A stretch of 64,000 nt of DNA from Dehalococcoidia bacterium (GTDB lineage: Bacteria > Chloroflexota > Dehalococcoidia > Lucifugimonadales > Lucifugimonadaceae). The notes under the pieces were generated by a model, which saw only the letters and a program-made list of their open reading frames with translations, searched no databases and had not been told where the DNA came from. Made by a program: the position numbers and the translations under genes. The stretch is from assembly GCA_965208645.1 (NCBI GenBank), contig OZ242350.1, forward strand, positions 2,535,475-2,599,474. The letters are read 5' to 3'. Shown one piece after another: positions 49,429 to 59,348 of the stretch (positions within the stretch are counted from its first letter, which is position 1; every line of letters begins with the position of its first letter).

Positions 49429-51939
49429 ATGGACTATGAGCTACTCGACATTTCCGCTTTATGTGACGCAGGTACGGAGTGCCTACCGGGTGAAGACCCG
49501 CGATTGGGCAAACAGTCCATGCGGGGTCTCCCCTTCACCGTCGGATCACCTGACGGCAACCCATCCGCGAAGTGCTACATCTCTTTGGCGGAAGGCGACT
49601 CGTCAATAACGTTGCCGATCGGCAAGACTGCGAACAACGTGATTTTCGCTCACCGGCAGTTGGAAACGGAACAGGCTGCGAATGGACCGATTGGGGTTCA
49701 TGTGGCGGACTACGTTATCCGATTTGAAGACTCTGAGACTGTGACGGTTCCAATTCGCGAACGGTACGAGATCAGCGCCGTTGGCGACCGCCAAGGGATA
49801 TCGCGCTACGGCGTAGGGTACCCATATATTGCGGTAACCGACCAAGGCGACCAATTGATACCGCGCTACGAAGGGCGTTTCGACGAGACGGGTAGGCGTC
49901 AGACCGAAGTCGTACAGGCGCAGCCGAAGTGGTACTGGCTTTGGGCGTGGCGCAACCCGACGCCAGAACGCGTGATCGAGTCCGTCGAGTTCGTGCCTCA
50001 GGGTCATCGCTTCATCGTCGCTGGCGTGACCATTGGACACGTCAACGAACATCCCTTTTCTCGTGCCGCTCGTCGTCCGGTTCGAGTCGACCTCAAGGAT
50101 GCCGAGCAAGCGGAAAAACCATTCAACCTTGACGTGACAATCGACCGCGGTGAGCGCACCTATACTCATCCGCTTCCAGAGCAGTCCGCCGAAGATTTCC
50201 TGAATGATGACTACAAAGGTTTCGGCGAACCTCAGAACCCCAAGTCGAGCCCGGCCTATGTTGAGTTATCGGGAGTTCCATCGGCGACGGTTGAAGTTAC
50301 TCAGGAAGGAGAGAAGATCGACAGCGTCGAGTGGGGAGAGGTTGAGGACAAAGGATCTGTCGACACCGAAAAGATTCAGATTTCGCTTACGGAACCGGGC
50401 AAGAACTGGGTGAAGGTGCGCGTGGTCGACGACGAGACCGGGAAGATCGTTCCGTGCCGCATCCACTTCAGATCCCCTGACGGTGTGCCATACCAACCGC
50501 ATGGCCATCACAACCAAGTCAACTCCAATCTCGATACGTGGCACATTGATGTCGGTGGCGACACCCGGCTTGGTCAGATCAGTTACGCCTACATCGATGG
50601 CACGGCGCAGGGCTGGCTTCCACGAGGCGAAGTGATCGTTGATGCGGCCCGCGGCTACGAATACGAACCGCTCCGTACCAAGATCGAGATCGCACCAGGG
50701 CAACAGGAGCTTGAGTTGCGACTCAAGCGCTGGATCAACATGAACGAGCGCGGGTGGTACTCTGGCGACTCGCACGTCCACTTCCTCTCGACGCAGGGAA
50801 GCCACTTCGAATCTCAGGCCGAAGACCTGAACGTCGTCAACCTGCTCCAGTCGCAGTGGGGCAGCCTATTCACGAATGTTGAGGACTTCACCGGGCATCC
50901 AAGCGTGACACGTGAAGGCAACAACATCGTCTACACCTCGCAGGAAAACCGTCAGCACTTCATGGGACACATGATTCTTTGGGGTCTAAAGAATCCGGTG
51001 ATGCCTTTCTGCTCAGACGGCCCGGGCGAGGCCGAGATCGGCGGTCCGATGGAGACGACTTTGAGCTACTGGGCCGACGAGGCACACGCTCAGGGCGGGT
51101 TCGTCATCAACCCACACTTTCCGTTCCCGAACGGAGAACCGGCAGCGTTGGTTGCGACCGGGCGTCTCGATGCCATCGAGATGATTCAGCAACAAGAGTT
51201 CATGCACAACGAGTGGTACCGGTATCTGAATTGCGGGTATCGCCTGCCGCTGGTTGGTGGCACCGACAAGATGTCGAGCGACGTTCCCGTAGGGATGTAT
51301 CGGACCTATGTCCGGATCCCGGACGACGAAGAGTTCACCTACGAAAGTTGGTGCCGAAACGTAGCAAAAGGCCGGACAGTCCTGAGCGGCGGCCCGATCA
51401 TCCATTTCACCGTCAACGGATATGAGGTAGGTGACACGGTCGAGTTGTCGAGCGCCGGTATCGTCGAGGTGTCCGCTTGGGCCGAGAGCGTCGTGCCGAT
51501 GTCCAAGCTCGAGAACATCCAAGAGGGAAAGGTCGTCGCTTCGTCCGAGGTAGATAGACCGACGCGAAAACTGAGCCTCAGTGAATCGATCAAGATCGAC
51601 GGCAACTCGTGGCTCGCCGCGCGCGCTGGAGGCCCAGGTTACTACGCGGGCTACAAGTACTACGACGTTTGGGAGCGTGGCATCTTTTCGCACACCTCGC
51701 CGGTCTATGTGTCGGTTGGCGGTCCGTGGACCATGTTCGACGAGGCAACGGCCAAATACATGCTCACGCTGATGCACGGTTCGTTGACCTACATCGACAA
51801 CAGTTCACGCCAGCATGCGCACGGGCACGTCACGCACCATCATGGTGAAGACGACCACATCGGTTACCTCAAACGGCCATTCAACGAGGCTATCGACGCG
51901 GTCCACAAGCGGTTGCACGACCAAGGGCATAGCCACTAG
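49429..51939 (+). CDS. 836-aa protein: unknown N-terminal half + CarboxypepD_reg-like segment + CehA/McbA-type PHP metallohydrolase domain, His-rich C-terminus
   Basis: VKVRVVDDETGKIVPCRIHF is followed by WYSGDSHVHF (the PHP HxH motif). The tail is HAHGHVTHHHGEDDH. I recognise no motif in residues 1 to about 330. Confidence 0.6.
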   Translation: MDYELLDISALCDAGTECLPGEDPRLGKQSMRGLPFTVGSPDGNPSAKCYISLAEGDSSITLPIGKTANNVIFAHRQLETEQAANGPIGVHVADYVIRFEDSETVTVPIRERYEISAVGDRQGISRYGVGYPYIAVTDQGDQLIPRYEGRFDETGRRQTEVVQAQPKWYWLWAWRNPTPERVIESVEFVPQGHRFIVAGVTIGHVNEHPFSRAARRPVRVDLKDAEQAEKPFNLDVTIDRGERTYTHPLPEQSAEDFLNDDYKGFGEPQNPKSSPAYVELSGVPSATVEVTQEGEKIDSVEWGEVEDKGSVDTEKIQISLTEPGKNWVKVRVVDDETGKIVPCRIHFRSPDGVPYQPHGHHNQVNSNLDTWHIDVGGDTRLGQISYAYIDGTAQGWLPRGEVIVDAARGYEYEPLRTKIEIAPGQQELELRLKRWINMNERGWYSGDSHVHFLSTQGSHFESQAEDLNVVNLLQSQWGSLFTNVEDFTGHPSVTREGNNIVYTSQENRQHFMGHMILWGLKNPVMPFCSDGPGEAEIGGPMETTLSYWADEAHAQGGFVINPHFPFPNGEPAALVATGRLDAIEMIQQQEFMHNEWYRYLNCGYRLPLVGGTDKMSSDVPVGMYRTYVRIPDDEEFTYESWCRNVAKGRTVLSGGPIIHFTVNGYEVGDTVELSSAGIVEVSAWAESVVPMSKLENIQEGKVVASSEVDRPTRKLSLSESIKIDGNSWLAARAGGPGYYAGYKYYDVWERGIFSHTSPVYVSVGGPWTMFDEATAKYMLTLMHGSLTYIDNSSRQHAHGHVTHHHGEDDHIGYLKRPFNEAIDAVHKRLHDQGHSH

Positions 51940-51944
51940 ACGTG

Positions 51945-53003
51945 TTACCCATTGGGTGTCACCAAAATTCGGAAGACGTCTTTTTCCGGACTGAGCATAC
52001 GTTCGAAGCCGTCCTGGATCACACGATCGAGTGGGATGACCGCCGAGATCAGTTCTTTCACCGACAGCTTGCCGTCGGCGAGGAGTTGGACAGTTGCCAC
52101 CATATCGCCGGGGGATGCGGCTACGGATCCTATGACGGTCTTCTCCTGCCCCACGATTCTGTTGAAGTCGAACTTCGGGGTTGCGGAGTAGATCCCGACG
52201 AGTACCGTCGTGCCGCTCCGTCGTGTCCATTCGATGGCCATGTTGGGAGTCTCGGCTGCGCCCGCGGTTTCGGCGACAATGTCGGGTCCGATTCCACCAG
52301 TCAATTCGAGCAATTGATCATGAGCGCCGTGATCCGATGAGTTCAAGGTTTCGTCGGCCCCGAGTTCTTTCGCCAATGCAATGCTCTGCTCTCGGACATC
52401 TACGGCTATGACGCGTGCCCCTGCCGCGCGGAATGCTTGCATCGTGAGCAAACCGACGGTGCCGCAACCGATCACGGTAACGTTGTCGCCGACCTTGACG
52501 CCGGATCTTCGAACCGCGTGAACCGCTACCGTTGCGGGTTCGATCAAAGGTGCTTCTCGATCCGACACATTGTCTGGCAACTTGATCAAGTGACTCGCCG
52601 GCCATGTCATGTATTCTGCGAGACCGCCATCTGCGGATAGACCCGCGACGCACATACTGTTGCAGGTCGCTTGAGATCCCCTCATGCACCAGAAACATGC
52701 CCCGCACGTTCTCACGTTGTTAACGACTACTCGGTCACCGACGGCCAAACCATCTGCGCCATCGCTCAACTCCGCGACATGACCCGAGATTTCGTGTCCG
52801 AGAATCAGCGGCATCTCCTGACCGCTTATGGGATTGGGGCCGCCGTGTTGCGTCCAGAGCGGTCCGTACTGCCACTCCTCGATGTCGGTGGCACATATCG
52901 AGGTGTTGGTGATCCGCAATTTTGCCTCGCCGATGCCGGGAGTCGGCTCCGGAAGGTCCTCCATGCGGATGTCTTTATTGCCGTGGATTCTCAGTGCTTT
53001 CAT
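51945..53003 (-). CDS. Zn-dependent MDR alcohol/polyol dehydrogenase (paralog B)
   Basis: MKALRIHGNKDIRMEDLPEP..., GHEISG, CGACFWCMRGSQATC and GCGTVG. It is colinear with paralog A. Confidence 0.85.
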   Translation of the reverse strand: MKALRIHGNKDIRMEDLPEPTPGIGEAKLRITNTSICATDIEEWQYGPLWTQHGGPNPISGQEMPLILGHEISGHVAELSDGADGLAVGDRVVVNNVRTCGACFWCMRGSQATCNSMCVAGLSADGGLAEYMTWPASHLIKLPDNVSDREAPLIEPATVAVHAVRRSGVKVGDNVTVIGCGTVGLLTMQAFRAAGARVIAVDVREQSIALAKELGADETLNSSDHGAHDQLLELTGGIGPDIVAETAGAAETPNMAIEWTRRSGTTVLVGIYSATPKFDFNRIVGQEKTVIGSVAASPGDMVATVQLLADGKLSVKELISAVIPLDRVIQDGFERMLSPEKDVFRILVTPNG

Positions 53004-53159
53004 GATGAGGCGATTCTCTCATACTCGAATCGTGTCGGCAACTCGCGGTGGATCAATAGTCCTCTGTCGTGAGGAACATTGATCGAATACCAATAGGAAC
53101 GTGCATAGAATTACACCTGAAACATACCCCGCCATGCAATCGCTTAGGAGTCAGATGCC

Positions 53160-54335
53160 GTGAGACCTGCCGCAAAGATAATTCGAATCGAAGTCACATC
53201 CTTCGAGCACGAACTCGAGAACGTGGGCAAGGATTACAACACGTTCAACATGGTGTACGAGCCTGACACCTCGATGAAAGCGGGTGGCGCGATCCTGTCC
53301 ATCTACACCGATCAAGGCGTGGTAGGCGAGTACCCTGCCGGGCGTGGGAATGCACTGGCCGATATTGAGACCGTCACGCCGTACCTCATTGGTAAAGACG
53401 CGATGAGGCGCGAGGTGCACTACAACGCGATGAAGCGTGGGTTGCGGCACACCGCGGCGCTCGGTTTAGGTATCGTCGACATCTGCCTTTGGGACATCGC
53501 AGGGAAAATTTACGAAGAGCCGTTGTTCCAGCTTTTAGGCGGGGAACGCAAACCGTTGCCAGCCTACGCCTCGACGCTGCATGGCGACGAAAACGGGGGG
53601 TTAACCACCCCTCAGGACTTCGCCGATTTCGCGGTGACGTGCAAGGAGATGGGTTACCCGGCGTTCAAGATCCACGGATGGGGGCTGGCTGGTGAAAACA
53701 TCAAGCGAGAGGTCGATAACGTTTTGGCGGTTCGAGATGCGGTCGGGCCAGAGATGGACCTTATGATCGACCCTGCAAACGAGGTGAAAAACTTCGGCGA
53801 TGCGCTCAAACTAGGCAAAGCATGTGATGAGGCCGAATTCTTCTGGTGGGAGGATGTCTTCATGGACGGTGGCGTCTCGACTTTTGCGCACCGCAAACTG
53901 CGCCAGCTCATCAAAACACCTTTGCTGCAGACCGAACACATCCGTCTACCCGAGCAGCACATGAACTTCGTAATCGCGGATGGCACCGATTACGTCCGGG
54001 TTGGTGCACACGAGGACGGTGGTATCACCGGAGCGATGAAGATCTTCCACGCCTGCGAAAGCGTGGGGTTGGATGTTGAGACGCATGGTCCTGATCCGGC
54101 ACATCGACACCTAATGTCGGCGGTTCGGAATACGAACTACTACGAACTCGGTTTGGTACATCCCAACGTCAGGACAACCAAACCGCCGATCTGGGTTAAC
54201 TACTCAGACGATCTCGATGCAGTTGATGAAAACGGCTGCGTCTACGCACCGACCGGGCACGGTATTGGTGTCCCGTTGGACTGGGATTGGATCAACGCAC
54301 ACAAGACGGGAACACGGGTGCTCGCGGAGGCGTGA
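53160..54335 (+). CDS. enolase superfamily enzyme (mandelate racemase/muconate lactonizing family)
   Basis: GLGIVDICLWDIAGK and a MIDPAN/WWED/... metal-ligand spacing. GTG start. Confidence 0.75.
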   Translation: MRPAAKIIRIEVTSFEHELENVGKDYNTFNMVYEPDTSMKAGGAILSIYTDQGVVGEYPAGRGNALADIETVTPYLIGKDAMRREVHYNAMKRGLRHTAALGLGIVDICLWDIAGKIYEEPLFQLLGGERKPLPAYASTLHGDENGGLTTPQDFADFAVTCKEMGYPAFKIHGWGLAGENIKREVDNVLAVRDAVGPEMDLMIDPANEVKNFGDALKLGKACDEAEFFWWEDVFMDGGVSTFAHRKLRQLIKTPLLQTEHIRLPEQHMNFVIADGTDYVRVGAHEDGGITGAMKIFHACESVGLDVETHGPDPAHRHLMSAVRNTNYYELGLVHPNVRTTKPPIWVNYSDDLDAVDENGCVYAPTGHGIGVPLDWDWINAHKTGTRVLAEA

Positions 54336-54546
54336 AATAGTCGAGAAACAGATTAATCGTTCCTGCGAAGTCGGGAATCCTGCCATATTGACGCGTGCCT
54401 ACCAGCATCGTGAGGCCATTCAGAAGAGGTGGGTGGAAGTCACTTTTGAGATGGCTGAGCTCGTTGAGACACACCGGGATGGCCAGTCAGGTTACTCCGT
54501 TGGACCTGATGACCAATACTGTGGTTGGAGCATGCTGGAATAGCCG

Positions 54547-54696
54547 ATGATCTTTATAGCGGCCATATGGATCATTCTGCTCGTCGCCTTCATCTGGACC
54601 GTGGCGGATTATCGCAAATACTTGAGCCGGTACAGAGTCGAGATGACCTACTGGCAGTTCCTTAAGTCTTACTGGAATCGGTTTTGGCGGTTATGA
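54547..54696 (+). CDS. 49-aa single-TM micro-protein, translationally coupled to the serpin gene
   Basis: My own reading: MIFIAAIWIILLVAFIWTVADYRKYLSRYRVEMTYWQFLKSYWNRFWRL. Its TGA (54694-54696) overlaps the ATG at 54693 of the serpin ORF (ATGA). Confidence 0.35.
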   Translation: MIFIAAIWIILLVAFIWTVADYRKYLSRYRVEMTYWQFLKSYWNRFWRL

Positions 54697-56219
54697 ACGG
54701 CAAACACCATACACAGAACATAAAACGCGGCAACTTCTGGTCGGTCCGGCGTGCCATCTTAGTTGTCGCTATGTTCTGGATAATCGCAACCGCTGTTTCG
54801 GCGTGTGGACAGCAGACTCAACCCGATCAACCAGCAACGCTAGAGCCACAGGTTTCCATCAGCACCCAACAATCGGCTACCGCAATACCTACAGCTACTG
54901 CTAAGCCAACATCAACACCGAAGAATACTCCGATACCGGTCCATACCGTTACTCACACGCCAACGGCGACTCCGACCGCAACACCCACCATTGATGAACC
55001 TGAAATCACCAAAGAACGCGCCACTCCATCCGCCACCAACGAGGAACTGAATAATCTCGTTGACGGCAATAACAACTTCGCGTTCGACCTTTACAGCGCA
55101 CTCGTCAATGAAGACGAGAATCTGTTCTTCTCGCCATACAGCATATCTTTGGCGCTTGCAATGACCTACGCCGGAGCGCGCGGTGAGACAGAACGTCAGA
55201 TGGCCGAAACGCTCAGCTTCAATCTGCCACAAGAAAGGTTGCATCCAGCATTTAATGACCTTGAACAGCGACTGGAGTCGCGTGGAGCATCCGAAGACAA
55301 ATTCCGTTTGAAGAACGCAAACGCGGTGTGGGGACAGCAAGACCACGCTTTCCTTGGGGAGTATCTCGACCTGCTTGGTGAGCATTACGGCGCTGGTGTG
55401 AGACTGACTGACTTTCGGGATGCGCCTGAAGCATCTCGTGCCACCATCAACCAGTGGACGGCCGAACAAACGGAACAACGGATCAAGGACTTGATACCAG
55501 AAGGTGGGATCGCAAGCGACACCAGGTTGGTTCTCACCAACGCCATTTACTTCAACGCAAACTGGGAAGATGCCTTCACCGAAGCATTTCCTTCTATGCA
55601 ACCATTCTTCATGTTGGATGGGAGCGACATAGACGTTGCTATGATGTTCCGGGACGCGAAATTCGGCTATGCAGAAGGTCATGGATACCAGGCGTTGGAA
55701 TTGCCTTATATCGGTCGAGAGCTAGCGATGATCATCATAGTTCCAGACAAAGGACGCTTCAAAGAATTCGAAGGTTTGATCGATGCGGAGTTTGTCTCTC
55801 AAATCATTGGGAGCACGCTTGGCAGAGATGTCCTTCTGACCATGCCCAAGTTCGAATTTAGGTCGCGATTTGATCTCGGACAAACTCTAAAAAAGATTGG
55901 AATAACACACGCTTTTGCCCCTAATTCCGCCGACTTTTCCGGTATGGACGGCAAGTCATGCCCTCCTCAAGACACCGTCCCCTGTCTGCTCATCTCGAAA
56001 GTTCTTCACGAGGCGTTTGTATTGGTGGATGAGGAGGGAACTGAAGCCGCCGCTGCTACGGCTGTTTTCGGTGGGGCCGTGTCCGATTCGGCGATGGAAC
56101 CGCCTCCTCCGATTCGACTGACGATCGACCGTCCATTCATATTCCTGATCCGAGATCGCGAAACTGGCACCATACTCTTTTTAGGTCGCATCGAGAATAT
56201 GAACGGATTATCGCCTTAA
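54693..56219 (+). CDS. serpin (serine protease inhibitor) with N-terminal membrane anchor/signal and Thr/Pro-rich linker
   Basis: NNFAFDLYSAL...FFSPYSISLALAMTYAGARGET, with a canonical inhibitory hinge EEGTEAAAATAV and the PF.F motif DRPFIFLIRD. The track start is 54684 (TTG) and the ATG is at 54693. Confidence 0.85.
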   Translation: MNGKHHTQNIKRGNFWSVRRAILVVAMFWIIATAVSACGQQTQPDQPATLEPQVSISTQQSATAIPTATAKPTSTPKNTPIPVHTVTHTPTATPTATPTIDEPEITKERATPSATNEELNNLVDGNNNFAFDLYSALVNEDENLFFSPYSISLALAMTYAGARGETERQMAETLSFNLPQERLHPAFNDLEQRLESRGASEDKFRLKNANAVWGQQDHAFLGEYLDLLGEHYGAGVRLTDFRDAPEASRATINQWTAEQTEQRIKDLIPEGGIASDTRLVLTNAIYFNANWEDAFTEAFPSMQPFFMLDGSDIDVAMMFRDAKFGYAEGHGYQALELPYIGRELAMIIIVPDKGRFKEFEGLIDAEFVSQIIGSTLGRDVLLTMPKFEFRSRFDLGQTLKKIGITHAFAPNSADFSGMDGKSCPPQDTVPCLLISKVLHEAFVLVDEEGTEAAAATAVFGGAVSDSAMEPPPPIRLTIDRPFIFLIRDRETGTILFLGRIENMNGLSP

Positions 56220-56240
56220 CAGACGGTATGCTTTGAGGTG

Positions 56241-57335
56241 TCACCCCCGCAAATCCACATTCCCATCCTCGTCAATCATCATCACGCCGTTGCTACCCTG
56301 GTATATCACCGCCCTCACCGTTGAGCTTCGCGATTCTCCCGGCTCAAAGATCATTGAAGTCGATTCGTCGCTTCCAGGCTCCGCCATCCCGCTTGGCAGA
56401 CTGGTGAATGGTTCTAAACCTACGTTGTAGGTGCGCTTGTACCACGGGTAGCCGCTGTGACCACCGAAGACCTGCCAGTACCAGAGGTATTTGAATACAT
56501 CGCTGTCCCAGCGCAGACCGATGCCTACGCCGCGATCCGGGTTGGTTACCGCGTACCACCCATCGGCGAGGTTGTTGAAGGAGAGATAGTCCACCAGTCG
56601 ATCGGACTTCGGCGGAAACACCTTGAGATCGACTTCGGAACCGTCAGGAGCCTCGGCGACCGGCCACGTTCCGGTGCGGTCGGGCATCAATCGAGAACCG
56701 GATGGTACTGAGCCGTCAGGGGATTCGGGCACGATGAAGTCGCCACCGGCGAAATCTAAGATGCAGTTCGGCGTCAGGAATGGGTCGCCAAGCGCCAAGT
56801 GTTGGCCCCACTGGGCTGGAGCAGGCTCGTCGGCCTCGTTTTTCAGCGTGTCGGTTACCGTAACGACTGGCGAATTGGATTCTAACGAGACCGTTTTCTC
56901 GATCCAGAACGGCGTTCGCACCGCACGCACGGAGAATTTCGCCGTGACACGCTCTGGCGAATCCTCGACGATCTGCGCGTCCCACGGCATCATGTTCGTC
57001 TCGTTGTGCTGCCCTATCTCGGCGCCCATGTAGTCTTGCTGGAAACCGCCCGTGGGAGCAATCGTGTTCCATCCGCCGATGTAAAGGTCGTGGAATATCC
57101 CTTCGCCCCAACCGGTCGACGGTACCCACAAGGCCTGATTGCGAACGCTCCATGGGGTGCGCCACATGAAATCGGTGTCGCTCGGTTTGTGGACCAACTC
57201 GAACATGTCGGCGCCTTTGTCAGCGATAAGGCTTATTCGAAGCTGTTCGTTTTCCATGACGACCGTCTTGAGGCCACGATATGTCCAAGCGTCGGATATT
57301 CTGCATCCATGAGTGCGTTCGTCTTGGTAGTGCAT
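56241..57335 (-). CDS. DUF4432 / aldose-1-epimerase-like protein (paralog B)
   Basis: See 46570..47652. Confidence 0.7.
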   Translation of the reverse strand: MHYQDERTHGCRISDAWTYRGLKTVVMENEQLRISLIADKGADMFELVHKPSDTDFMWRTPWSVRNQALWVPSTGWGEGIFHDLYIGGWNTIAPTGGFQQDYMGAEIGQHNETNMMPWDAQIVEDSPERVTAKFSVRAVRTPFWIEKTVSLESNSPVVTVTDTLKNEADEPAPAQWGQHLALGDPFLTPNCILDFAGGDFIVPESPDGSVPSGSRLMPDRTGTWPVAEAPDGSEVDLKVFPPKSDRLVDYLSFNNLADGWYAVTNPDRGVGIGLRWDSDVFKYLWYWQVFGGHSGYPWYKRTYNVGLEPFTSLPSGMAEPGSDESTSMIFEPGESRSSTVRAVIYQGSNGVMMIDEDGNVDLRG

Positions 57336-57437
57336 CTGTCTAGGCTCCGAGGGCTAATGAATGGGATTCATCATCGACGCGCATTGTAGTCTATCCCCAG
57401 CCCAATCGACCTCGTTGCGCCATTTCTTACCCCCACC

Positions 57438-58361
57438 GTGCCACCGTTAGCCATTTTGCTCGTCGTTTCATCGGCGTTCGCTCACGCTTCGTGGAATCTG
57501 ATGGTTCGGCGGGCGACCAGACCCGCGGTCACAACCGGGTTAATGGCCGTCACGTCGGCAATACTCGTTCTTCCGCTTGCTATCTACATTCTCATCGTTG
57601 ACTTTCCAAGCGGGACCGGGTGGTGGTTCATCTTGGCGACCATCGTACTGCACATCTGGTACTTCGCCACTCTGGGCTACGCGTACAACACCGGTGACCT
57701 CTCGATCGTGTATCCAGTTGCTCGCGGACTAGGATTAGCGATAATCCCTATTCTGGGCGTGTTCGTCGTGGGCGAATCGATGTCATGGCTGGCGGCTGTT
57801 GGCGCGACGCTGATCGTGACCGGCCTCGTATTTGTCGCGACGTCAGACATCGAAACAGCCACGATTAAACGAACCGTGCGTTCGTGGTGGATGTTGGTGA
57901 GAAGGTGGAGAGCCGTGAAACGTTTCCGAGCTCAAGTAAGACCAGCTTGGATGCTGGCGATACTAACTGGATTGGTCATCGGCATTTACTCGGTGGTCGA
58001 CGCACAAGGTGTGAAGCACGTCCAACCGGCGCTGTACATGTTCTTCCTACAATTTGGCGGCGGGTTGGGGATGATGGCGATCCAATCACGTCTTGAAACG
58101 CGCGACGCGTTCATTGACGAAGCGCGGCGCCACTGGAAGATCCTGGTAGTTGGCGGTCTGCTCCAGTTCGCCGCCTACACCCTCGTGTTGACCGCCCTGA
58201 CATTTTCACCCGTCAGCTACGTTGGGCCGTTTAGGGAAATCTCAATCTTGGTTGCGGTTGCATACGGCGCGGTCGTGCTCAAAGAACGAGTTACACCGGC
58301 CCGGGCATTGGGTGCGATCTGCATCGCTGGCGGCGGGGTGACGATCGCCTTGGCGCCTTAG
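57438..58361 (+). CDS. EamA/DMT superfamily transporter
   Basis: 10-TM pattern, with a SAFAHASWNLM N-terminus typical of EamA repeats. Confidence 0.75.
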   Translation: MPPLAILLVVSSAFAHASWNLMVRRATRPAVTTGLMAVTSAILVLPLAIYILIVDFPSGTGWWFILATIVLHIWYFATLGYAYNTGDLSIVYPVARGLGLAIIPILGVFVVGESMSWLAAVGATLIVTGLVFVATSDIETATIKRTVRSWWMLVRRWRAVKRFRAQVRPAWMLAILTGLVIGIYSVVDAQGVKHVQPALYMFFLQFGGGLGMMAIQSRLETRDAFIDEARRHWKILVVGGLLQFAAYTLVLTALTFSPVSYVGPFREISILVAVAYGAVVLKERVTPARALGAICIAGGGVTIALAP

Positions 58362-58379
58362 CCGCCGAATTCAATTCGA

Positions 58380-59348
58380 CTATCCCAATCCCGAAGGTGC
58401 CTGTCGACGCAATTTCCGTCGCAGCTCTTTGTGGTCGGGGATCACACCCTCGACGATTTTCCAAAAATCAGCCGAATGGTTCAACTCGATCAGATGCGAC
58501 AACTCGTGAACAACTACATAGTCGATTAGGCGATCGTCCAGCATAATCAAACGCCAATTCAAGTTGATGGAGCGCTTACCGCTGCAACTGCCCCACCGTT
58601 TTTTGGCATTGCTCAACTTCAATTGGCTTGGTTTGACGCCCATGACGTTTCCGAATTCGCCGACCCGCGACCTGAGATGATCCCACGCCTCCTGCCGGTA
58701 CCAATCCTCTAAACATCGCCGGACGATTCTCGGTCGTTCTTCTGCTGAGATACCCGGCGGAATGGTCACTTCAACGATATCCCCTTCCAATGACTTGGCA
58801 ACTGTAGGAGGTAGATCTCTGCCAAAGTCGTCCCATTCTCGCTCTTTGACCACGACATTTGCTGTTCGTCCCCGCAACATCGTCGTACCGCCGTTGCCCC
58901 AATCCACTTGATTTTTAGTGTCTACGATATTGACGCGATGTTCGAGTATCCAATCTGAACGTTGGATCAGAAAGTCGTTGATCTCCTTTTCGGTCAAGGT
59001 ATGCGGGACGAGTACTTTGAGCCCCTCTTCCGGATCGAGTTGGAGTTGGATGGTACGGCGGCGGCGAGTGCTGCGTTGCAAGACATAGGAGACGTCTTCG
59101 CCGTTTAAGTTGATCGTGCGCGTTTCCCGTGACAATCGGGCACGGATTGGGATTCGTACAGCCACTGATCGTGGTTTCTCGCGGGTCACGAAAGATTCGC
59201 CCGCGACGTTGTCATCGCGGGCGTAACTCGCTGGTGGAGACGGGGGAGGGTCGAACTCCCCGTCCAGAAAGTTTCCCGTCAAAGCTTCTACGTGTGTAGC
59301 CGTTGGTTGCTTATACCGCTTCCGGACGATGCCAACGGCGTCCGCCAC
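58380..59348 (-). CDS. DUF45/YgjP-like M48-family zinc metallopeptidase with ~100-aa N-terminal extension
   Basis: KKRWGSCSGKRSINLNWRLIMLD...VVVHELSHLIELNHSADFW (WGSC plus the HExxH motif). Confidence 0.75.
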   Translation of the reverse strand: MADAVGIVRKRYKQPTATHVEALTGNFLDGEFDPPPSPPASYARDDNVAGESFVTREKPRSVAVRIPIRARLSRETRTINLNGEDVSYVLQRSTRRRRTIQLQLDPEEGLKVLVPHTLTEKEINDFLIQRSDWILEHRVNIVDTKNQVDWGNGGTTMLRGRTANVVVKEREWDDFGRDLPPTVAKSLEGDIVEVTIPPGISAEERPRIVRRCLEDWYRQEAWDHLRSRVGEFGNVMGVKPSQLKLSNAKKRWGSCSGKRSINLNWRLIMLDDRLIDYVVVHELSHLIELNHSADFWKIVEGVIPDHKELRRKLRRQAPSGLG

